Source: an uncultured Actinomycetota bacterium
GTDB taxonomy: Bacteria > Actinomycetota > Actinomycetes > Propionibacteriales > Nocardioidaceae
Direction: 5' to 3'
Length of the DNA stretch: 64,000 bases
NCBI GenBank assembly: GCA_963839625.1
Contig: CAWIWE010000021.1
Span: 2,249-66,248, forward strand
Below, piece after piece: positions 57,247 to 64,000 of the stretch. Position numbers and translations under genes: made by a program. Each line of letters opens with the position of its first letter. Position 1 is the stretch's first letter. The notes beneath the pieces are model-generated. The model was not told where the DNA came from and ran no database searches. It saw only the letters and a program-made list of their open reading frames with translations.

Positions 57247-58472
57247 CACGCACCCCGCGCCAGAACGGGCGCGGCGGCGGCGACACGCGCGCGAACGTGA
57301 GAGTCCCACGCGGGGTAGTGCACGGCGCAGCGGCGCGCCGTGAGCTTGAGGTCGAACAGCCGGGTGAGCAGGGCGGCTCGGTCCCAGCGCGCGGGATCGC
57401 ACTCGCCGTATCCGGCACGGAAGCTCTCGGCGAGCGCTCGGGCCCGCTCGCTGTCCGGAGCGCACCACCAGTGCAGGTCGGCGGCGAACTTCGCGAGGTC
57501 GAGCGCCGGGTCGGCGGGGCCGCACCGGTCGAGATCGAGGAGTCGCACCTGTCCGTCGAACGCGAGCACGTTGTCGGACTTCAGGTCGCCGTGCGTGAAC
57601 GTCGGTGCCTCGGTGGGCACGTGCGCGAGCCCTTCGACGACGGCATCGACGATCGTCAGGAAGTCGGATCCGAGCTGCGGGACCAGCGTGCCGATGTGCT
57701 CGCCGGCACGGATGGTCGAGGCGACCTCCGCCTGGAGGTCGCGGGGCTCATCGGGCGACGAGGGCAGGAGGTCGGTCGGGGTGTCGTGCAGCACTCGCAC
57801 GGCTCGGCCGAGAAGGTGCGTCAGTCGCGCGGCCTGGCCGGGATCGGCCAGGCGTTGCCAGAGCGGTTCGCCCGGCGAGCTGGCCCAGAGGCCGGCGTGG
57901 TCGACGGCCGAGTACCCGATCGGCTCAGCCAGTCCGGCACCCGGGCACTCGATGGCCATCCTCGATCCGAGCGCCTGCGCGACGGGCACGGCACGAGCGC
58001 CGGAGTCGTCCTTGTCGATCTTGACGTAGACGGCCCGGTCAGGTGAGGACACCCGGAGGACGTGGCGCTGACGGGGCCGGTAGCGGATCGTCTCGATCCG
58101 ACCGGTGAAGCCGAGCAGGTCGGTGAGGTAGGCGTCATCGTGGAGCCGGGCCAGGTGGGGCATCGACGGATCGTCCGGTGAGACGAGCACCTCGATCGAC
58201 TCGTTCGTCCAGGCCACGGCGGCGTGCCGGGCGGGGTCGCCGGGGCTCAGCTCGTAGTAGGCACTGAGCTTGCGGGACGGCTTGTACTTCGTGCGGATCA
58301 GGCGCGGGGTGGATCCGTCCCACCACGGCGCCTGCTCGGCGAGCAGCGCGCGAACACCGTGCTTCAACGGATCGAGCGCCATGGCACGCAGCGCTTCGAC
58401 GCCGTGGATACCGGCGAGCGTCTCTTCGAGCAGTTCTGATGTGGAGAACTCTCGGTGGATGGTGCGCTTCAC
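57246..58472 (-). CDS. APH-fold phosphotransferase with canonical motif
   Basis: RYRPRQR, YVK, HGDLKSDN, LDLD, PALDLAKF; GGAGG RBS before GTG. Confidence 0.87.
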   Translation of the reverse strand: MKRTIHREFSTSELLEETLAGIHGVEALRAMALDPLKHGVRALLAEQAPWWDGSTPRLIRTKYKPSRKLSAYYELSPGDPARHAAVAWTNESIEVLVSPDDPSMPHLARLHDDAYLTDLLGFTGRIETIRYRPRQRHVLRVSSPDRAVYVKIDKDDSGARAVPVAQALGSRMAIECPGAGLAEPIGYSAVDHAGLWASSPGEPLWQRLADPGQAARLTHLLGRAVRVLHDTPTDLLPSSPDEPRDLQAEVASTIRAGEHIGTLVPQLGSDFLTIVDAVVEGLAHVPTEAPTFTHGDLKSDNVLAFDGQVRLLDLDRCGPADPALDLAKFAADLHWWCAPDSERARALAESFRAGYGECDPARWDRAALLTRLFDLKLTARRCAVHYPAWDSHVRARVAAAAPVLARGA

Positions 58473-58473
58473 C

Positions 58474-59688
58474 TCAGCCTCCGGTGGAAGCAGGTACGAC
58501 CGCGTACTCGTCGACCTGCTCGTGTAGCAGCTCGGCGGCACGCACTCTTCCACCGAGATCAGGGGGACCGGACACCACGTCAGGTGCCGAGGACAGGGCT
58601 TCGACCATGCTGTTGGCGAGGGACTTCGGAGCGAGCAGCTCCGGTGCCAGCCACCGCAGCCAGCCGCGCTCGGCAAACCGGCTGACGCGCATGGTCTGCT
58701 CGGCGCTCGGGCCGGCCCGCGGCACCAGGAGCGCCTTGGTGCCGACGCTGAGGATCTCCGCGGTCGTGTTGTAGCCACCCATCGCCACGACGAGATCGGC
58801 GGCCGCCATGTGCCCCAGCGAGTCCTGGACGCTGGGCACGAGATGGACCGGCAGGCCCTGGGCGCGGATCCGGAGGTCTTCCTGCAGCTCCGGCGCGAGG
58901 AACGGGCCGGTGACGATGACAACTTCGGCGTTCCGCTCGGCCGTCAACGCCGGAACGGCGTCGAGCAACGTGCCGAACAGGGGGTAAGCGTCTGCTCCGC
59001 CTCCGGCCATGGCGACGATGAGCTCGGCGTCCTTGTTCTCGCCGAGATACTGCTCCCGGATCGGCTCGACCGAGTGGGTCGGCGCCGGTGAGGCGACGTA
59101 GCCGCAGTAGCTGAGTCGTCGGCTGAGCTCCGGTTCCCACGCATACTGCGCGGCCACGTCGAACACGTCCTTGGAGCCGTACACGAAGACGTCGTCGAAG
59201 TGCCGGCGGAGCACCTCGAACGCACCCTCGAGGTGCCAGCGGCGGCGGACCGTCTCGGGCGAGTCGAGGATGTCGCGGAGTCCGAGCACCGTGCGGCACG
59301 GCAGGGTCTCGAGGGCTTCCAGGGTGGGGACGAGCTCGCCCATCGCACCGTGCGGCATGTGGTCGACCAGAAGGACGTCGGGCTCGAAGGTCAGGGCGGT
59401 GGTCTTGATGATCTCCGCGCGCATCGCCAGGACGTCACTGAACTTCAACGACAGCCGCACGGGGTTCCAGTTGCCCGGGCTCACCTTGCGGATCGACGGA
59501 AGCTTGACGAAGTCGTGGCCGGGCGCCGCGGAGAAGAACTGGCCGATCGGTGAGTCGCTGATGGTGATGACGCTCGCGTCGGGGCGCGCCGCCATGTACT
59601 CCGCTGCGAGCAGCGTGGTGCGGCGGAGGTGACCCAGTCCGAGACCGTCCTGGGAGTAGATCAGCATGCGGGGGCTGTCAGAGGTCAT
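58474..59688 (-). CDS. Predicted GT-B glycosyltransferase (COG4671-like, GT28 C-terminal-like)
   Basis: YSQDGLGLGHLRR, LVDHMP, LGLRDILD, AGGGADA, MGGYNT, VPR...EQ. Confidence 0.85.
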   Translation of the reverse strand: MTSDSPRMLIYSQDGLGLGHLRRTTLLAAEYMAARPDASVITISDSPIGQFFSAAPGHDFVKLPSIRKVSPGNWNPVRLSLKFSDVLAMRAEIIKTTALTFEPDVLLVDHMPHGAMGELVPTLEALETLPCRTVLGLRDILDSPETVRRRWHLEGAFEVLRRHFDDVFVYGSKDVFDVAAQYAWEPELSRRLSYCGYVASPAPTHSVEPIREQYLGENKDAELIVAMAGGGADAYPLFGTLLDAVPALTAERNAEVVIVTGPFLAPELQEDLRIRAQGLPVHLVPSVQDSLGHMAAADLVVAMGGYNTTAEILSVGTKALLVPRAGPSAEQTMRVSRFAERGWLRWLAPELLAPKSLANSMVEALSSAPDVVSGPPDLGGRVRAAELLHEQVDEYAVVPASTGG

Positions 59689-60638
59689 TGCAACCCTTCC
59701 GAGCGAAGTCCCCGATGCCAGTCGAGCTGGCGTTTCAGACCGGTGCGCAGGTCGACCGTCGGCTTCCAACCGAGCTGGTCGCGGGCCGAGGTGATCTCAC
59801 CCTCGGTGCGCGGGACGTCACCGGGACGTTCGTCGTTCGTGTCGCGCGTCGACTCGATGCCGACCAGGGTCTCCAGGTGGCCGACGAGCGTGTTCACCGA
59901 CGTCGGCTGGGTGCTCGCGACGTCGAGCACAGCACCGGTGGGCACATCGGCGAAGAGTGCCTGCGCCGTGGCTTCGACGATGTCCTCGACGAAGGTGAAG
60001 TCGCGGACCTGGGTGCCGTCGCCGTAGACCGTCAACGGGCGGCCGTCGAGGAGGCACTCGATGAAGCGGTGCGCGGCCATGTCGGGACGCTGGCGAGGTC
60101 CGTAGACGGAGAAGTAGCGGAGCGAGACCGTGGGGAGGCCGGCACCGGCGTAGGCGCCGACCAGCGTCTCGGCCGCCAGCTTGGTGACGCCGTAGGGGCT
60201 GGCGGGACGCGGCTCGCCGGTGGCCCTGAGGGTGTCGGCCCCGGTGCCGTACACCGAGGAGCTGGAGGCGTACACCAGCCGGTTCACGCCGTGCTTGCTC
60301 GCCGCCTCGAGGAGACGCTGCGTGGCCAGCACGTTCCGATCGACGTACCGATCGAAGTTCGGGCCCCAGGAGTTCGAGACACCAGGCTCGCCGGCGAGGT
60401 GGGCCACGACGTCGACGCCGTCGAGCACCTCGTCGAGGGGAGCGGTGTTCAGGTCGTCCGACACCATCTCGAACCCCGGGTCGCGCATGATCGCCTCGGC
60501 GTTCGCGCGTTTGCGCGCGGGATCGTAGAAGGTGGTGAAGGCGTCGAGCCCGCGTACCGTGTGCCCCTGTCGAAGAAGCGACTCACACAGGTGGCTGCCG
60601 ATGAAACCGGCTGCACCTGTGACCAAGACTTGTGTCAT
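59685..60638 (-). CDS. NAD-dependent NDP-sugar epimerase/dehydratase
   Basis: TGAAGFIG, ASSSSVYG, PYGVTK, RYFSVYGPRQRPDMA, RDFT. Confidence 0.92.
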   Translation of the reverse strand: MTQVLVTGAAGFIGSHLCESLLRQGHTVRGLDAFTTFYDPARKRANAEAIMRDPGFEMVSDDLNTAPLDEVLDGVDVVAHLAGEPGVSNSWGPNFDRYVDRNVLATQRLLEAASKHGVNRLVYASSSSVYGTGADTLRATGEPRPASPYGVTKLAAETLVGAYAGAGLPTVSLRYFSVYGPRQRPDMAAHRFIECLLDGRPLTVYGDGTQVRDFTFVEDIVEATAQALFADVPTGAVLDVASTQPTSVNTLVGHLETLVGIESTRDTNDERPGDVPRTEGEITSARDQLGWKPTVDLRTGLKRQLDWHRGLRSEGLQ

Positions 60639-60672
60639 GCGATTCCTCGAGAGCACCTAGGAGTTGGAGTGA

Positions 60673-60715
60673 ACGCTAGCCCAACAATCTGAGAAATGTC
60701 TGGATGATTCTCAGA
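60673..60715 (-). promoter_or_regulatory. Candidate operon promoter with regulator box
   Basis: Minus-strand -10 TAGCGT 60678-60673; inverted repeat TCTGAGAA-N12-TTCTCAGA 60688-60715; minus-strand ATCCAG-N5-TCTCAG resembling OmpR/MprA-type boxes. Confidence 0.55.
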
Positions 60716-60808
60716 ACTTATCGGACTCGGGCGGGTCAGCCCATGACACAGGGGTGCCATCCCGTATGGTCCATTCCGGCCAGATCATGGTGCTGACCTG
60801 CAGCCGTA

Positions 60809-62179
60809 TCAGCTCAAAGGCAGCGTAACCTGCACCCTCGCGCCGCCGATCGGCGCCTCTGTGATCTCGATCTCACCGTCATGAACTCGGACGATTTCTG
60901 AGACGATCGCCAGTCCGAGCCCAGCTCCGCCGGTACCGCGTTCGCGAGATGCGTCGACCCGCACGAAGCGCTGGAGCACGCCGTCGCGCAGGTGCTCGGG
61001 AATGCCGGGGCCGTCGTCGTCCACCGTGAGGATTGCGTACTGGCCGTTGGCGTGGAGGGACACGTCGATGGACGAGTCGGCGTAGCGACCGGCGTTCTCG
61101 AGCAGGTTCGAGACGACGTGCTCGAGCAGCGCCGGCTGGCCCGAAACCTGAACGGGCTCGACGTGGTCGGTGCTGACCGGGATGTCCCCCGTCTCGACCG
61201 CCGCCACCGATTCGCGAACGACCTCCTCCAGGTCGACGGGGCCCGTTCCCGAGCCGATCGTGCCGGCGTCACTCCTGGCGAGCAGGAGCAGGTGGTCGAC
61301 GAGCCGGCGCATCCGGAAGGTCTCGTGCAGGAGATCGCGGGCGAGCCGATCATCGGCGTCAGGCCCTGCGTTCCGCAGCTCGGTCTCGAGGCGTGCCTGC
61401 AGGGTCGTGATCGGGCTGCGCAGCTCGTGGGCCGCATCGGCGACGAACGCCTCCTGACGGTTGGCGCTGTCCTCCAGCCGCGCGAGCATCTCGTTGATCG
61501 TTCGAGCGAGGGCGAAGATCTCATCGTGCACCAACGGTTCGGGAACCCGCTGGTGCAGCTTGCTGCCGGTGATCTCGTCCGCGCGATCACGGATCGCCAT
61601 CACCGGCGCCAACGCGCGACCGATCACTCCCCAGAGCACGGCGGCGAGCAGGGCGATCAGCACGGCCAGACCGACGAGCCCGATGTCCTCCGCCACCTCC
61701 ATGACCTCGTCGACGTCCTCGATGTCGACGGCCACGAAGATGCTCACCGGGCCGTTCGGGGTCCGGGCGCCGAGCGCGACCACGCGGAACGGCCCGTCCT
61801 CGTCGAACGGGAGGAACTCGCGGTCGAACACGCTCACCTGGAAGGGCTTCTGCACGCGCTGGAGGAACGGGGTGCTCCCCGCCGCGTTCTGGGTCGTGCT
61901 GATCACGCGGCCGTCCTCGACGACCTGTACGGCGGCGGCGATGTCCTCGGTGGGTGCGAGCACCGGAGGCAGTGCACTGGCCTGGGCGAGCTCGGCGACG
62001 GCCTCGGCCGCATCCGTTCCGGCATCGTCCGCGGTGTCGATCAGCTCGGCGCGAATCAGGGTCAGGAGCAGGAAGCCGCCGATGACCAGCATCGCCGCGA
62101 CGACCACCGACGAGATGAGCAGCATCCGCGTGCGTAGCGACATCCGCCGGTACCACCTGGTGCCGGACCGGTGATTCAC
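60809..62179 (-). CDS. Sensor histidine kinase (HAMP, HisKA, HATPase)
   Basis: Two TMs, AAHELRSP, NLLENA, DDDGPG, GAGLGL. Confidence 0.95.
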   Translation of the reverse strand: MNHRSGTRWYRRMSLRTRMLLISSVVVAAMLVIGGFLLLTLIRAELIDTADDAGTDAAEAVAELAQASALPPVLAPTEDIAAAVQVVEDGRVISTTQNAAGSTPFLQRVQKPFQVSVFDREFLPFDEDGPFRVVALGARTPNGPVSIFVAVDIEDVDEVMEVAEDIGLVGLAVLIALLAAVLWGVIGRALAPVMAIRDRADEITGSKLHQRVPEPLVHDEIFALARTINEMLARLEDSANRQEAFVADAAHELRSPITTLQARLETELRNAGPDADDRLARDLLHETFRMRRLVDHLLLLARSDAGTIGSGTGPVDLEEVVRESVAAVETGDIPVSTDHVEPVQVSGQPALLEHVVSNLLENAGRYADSSIDVSLHANGQYAILTVDDDGPGIPEHLRDGVLQRFVRVDASRERGTGGAGLGLAIVSEIVRVHDGEIEITEAPIGGARVQVTLPLS

Positions 62180-62853
62180 AACGCCTCCAGCCGGTATCCC
62201 TTGCCACGTACGGTCTGGAACATGTTCGTGCCGAACGGGGCATCGAGCTTCTTGCGGAGATATCCGACGTACACCTCGACGAGGTTGGTGTCACGGGCAT
62301 CGGGGTCGCCCCAGACGTCGCGCATGATGTCTTCCTTCGAGCGCGTCTCGCCCTCAGCGCGCATGAGGTACTCCAGGAGCGCGGCCTCCCGACGACTGAG
62401 CTCGACCTGGTCGTGGCCGCGACGAGCCACGCGGCGCCGCGGATCGAACACGAGGTCGCCGACGATCAGCTCCGACCATCCCGCCTCGGCACCGCCGCGC
62501 CGCAGCAGGGCGTCGCAGCGGGCGACCAGCACGGTGAACGTGAACGGTTTGCGCAGGTAGTCGTCGGCGCCGAGCTCCAGCGCATCCGTCTCGTCGTTCG
62601 TGCCGTCCTTGGCCGTCAGCATCAGGATCGGGACGGCGACGTCCTCCGAGCGCAGCCGCTGACACATCTCTATTCCGGACATGCCGGGCAGCATCCAGTC
62701 CAGGATGATGAGGTCGAACGTGGACTCCTTCGCGAGTCGATAGCCCGAAAAACCGTCGTGGGTCACCTGCACGGTGAAGCCATGACCCTGCAAACCGTCT
62801 TGTACGGACTGCGCGAGCCCGACCTCGTCCTCAACCACCAACACTCGAACCAT
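62176..62853 (-). CDS. OmpR-family response regulator
   Basis: VVEDE, LDWMLP, LTAK, GADDYLRKPF, VYVGYLRKK, TVRGKGY. Confidence 0.95.
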   Translation of the reverse strand: MVRVLVVEDEVGLAQSVQDGLQGHGFTVQVTHDGFSGYRLAKESTFDLIILDWMLPGMSGIEMCQRLRSEDVAVPILMLTAKDGTNDETDALELGADDYLRKPFTFTVLVARCDALLRRGGAEAGWSELIVGDLVFDPRRRVARRGHDQVELSRREAALLEYLMRAEGETRSKEDIMRDVWGDPDARDTNLVEVYVGYLRKKLDAPFGTNMFQTVRGKGYRLEAL

Positions 62854-62893
62854 GGTCGACAGTCTCCCACCCGGTCGCGCGGCTCGGGACAAA

Positions 62894-64000
62894 TCAGCTG
62901 ACGTCGGTCAGCAGGTGCCCGCGCTCCTCGCGTCGACGGCGCTGCTCCTCGGGATCCGGAACGGGCACGGCGGCGATGAGGCGCTGCGTGTACGCCTCGC
63001 GCGGCGAGCCGAGCACCTGCTCGCGCGGACCGATCTCCACGAGCTTGCCGTTCTGCATCACGGCCACGCGGTTCGCGAGCGTGTCGACGACCGCGAGGTC
63101 GTGGCTGATGAACAGGCACGCGAACTGCAGACGGCTCTGCAGCTCGGTGAACAGCTCGAGCACTCGAGCCTGCACGGAGACGTCGAGCGCCGAGGTCGGC
63201 TCGTCGGCGATCAGCAGGTCCGGGTCGAGCGCGAGGGCGCGGGCCAGGCTGACGCGCTGGCGCTGCCCACCGGAGAGCTCGTGCGGGAAACGTCCGGCAT
63301 AGCCGGAGGTGAGCTCGACACTCTCCAACAGCTCGGCCACCTTGGCGTCGATCTCGCGGTCGGCCATCGTCGTCTGGACGTGCAGCGGCTCGCCGATGCA
63401 GTCGCCGATCGACATGCGCGGGTTGAGCGACGCCGCGGGGTCCTGGAACACGAACCCGAAGCGGGCCCGATGCGGACGGAGCTTGGCCTCGCTCAGGCCG
63501 GAGATGGTCGTTCCGGACACCGTGATCGAGCCGCTCGTCGGCTGCTGGAGCCCGACGGCGGCCCGGCCGACAGTCGTCTTGCCTGAGCCGGACTCGCCCA
63601 CGAGGCCGAGAACCTCGCCGCGACGCACCTCGAGTGACACGTGGTCGACGGCCCGGAACGGCGGTTGCCCGATGCGGCCCATGAACTCGACGACGAGGTC
63701 GTCGACGCCCAGGACGACGTCGGCGTCGTCGCCGACCGGTTGGGGTCCGTTCTCCTGGCCGAGGTGGGGGACGGCATCCAGGAGCAGCTTCGTGTACGGG
63801 TGCCGGGGCGTGGCGAACAGCTGCTGGGCCGGCGCCTCCTCGACGATCGTGCCGCGGTACATCACCACGACGCGGTCGGCCATGTCGGCGACGACACCCA
63901 TGTTGTGGGTGATCAGGATGATTGCGGTGCCGAGTCGATCGCGGAGCTCGAGCAGCAGCTCAAGGATCGCCGCCTGCACGGTGACGTCGAGGGCGGTCGT
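62894..64000 (-). CDS. Peptide/nickel-type ABC importer double-NBD ATPase (5' partial)
   Basis: TTALDVTVQA, ITHN, HPYT, GESGSGKT, LSGGQRQR, ADEPTSALD; continues beyond the window. Confidence 0.92.
   Translation of the reverse strand, partial: TTALDVTVQAAILELLLELRDRLGTAIILITHNMGVVADMADRVVVMYRGTIVEEAPAQQLFATPRHPYTKLLLDAVPHLGQENGPQPVGDDADVVLGVDDLVVEFMGRIGQPPFRAVDHVSLEVRRGEVLGLVGESGSGKTTVGRAAVGLQQPTSGSITVSGTTISGLSEAKLRPHRARFGFVFQDPAASLNPRMSIGDCIGEPLHVQTTMADREIDAKVAELLESVELTSGYAGRFPHELSGGQRQRVSLARALALDPDLLIADEPTSALDVSVQARVLELFTELQSRLQFACLFISHDLAVVDTLANRVAVMQNGKLVEIGPREQVLGSPREAYTQRLIAAVPVPDPEEQRRRREERGHLLTDVS

Noticed and set aside
47796..58472. Interpretation as an aminoglycoside-resistance array
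   Set aside because: Proteins are much longer than APH resistance enzymes, mostly have non-canonical motifs and are coupled to GT and epimerase genes; no mobile-element context

Overview
High-GC actinobacterial chromosome segment spanning the replication origin; gene order and protein sequences suggest a Nocardioidaceae-like organism (inference). Positions 1-32211 carry the conserved oriC backbone: femX-like 3' end, alanine-racemase-like gene, class A PBP, padR-ino1, tetR, CCA-adding enzyme, secreted protein-murJ-pseudokinase (frameshifted), trxBA, parBA, rsmG, jag, yidCD, rnpA, rpmH, dnaA, oriC, dnaN, gnd, recF, dciA, gyrBA, DUF3566, tRNA-Ile, a small DLW-39-like ORF and tRNA-Ala. After tRNA-Ala comes a variable region: a CsoR-controlled copper efflux operon, a divergent GTP-PEPCK, several single genes and a DUF222-HNH gene. 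The best candidate for an undescribed system is a tightly coupled minus-strand operon at 47796-60638. It encodes an NDP-sugar epimerase, two glycosyltransferases, six APH/choline-kinase-fold domains (one a probable pseudokinase) and an ABC exporter fused to one of those kinase domains, with an OmpR-type two-component system just upstream. Other points of note are a GyrB EGNSA substitution at a known quinolone-resistance position, a 1-nt frameshift in the MurJ-associated pseudokinase, a bidirectional leaderless promoter and DnaA boxes upstream of the HNH gene. All family calls come from motif recognition by eye; no database searches were run.
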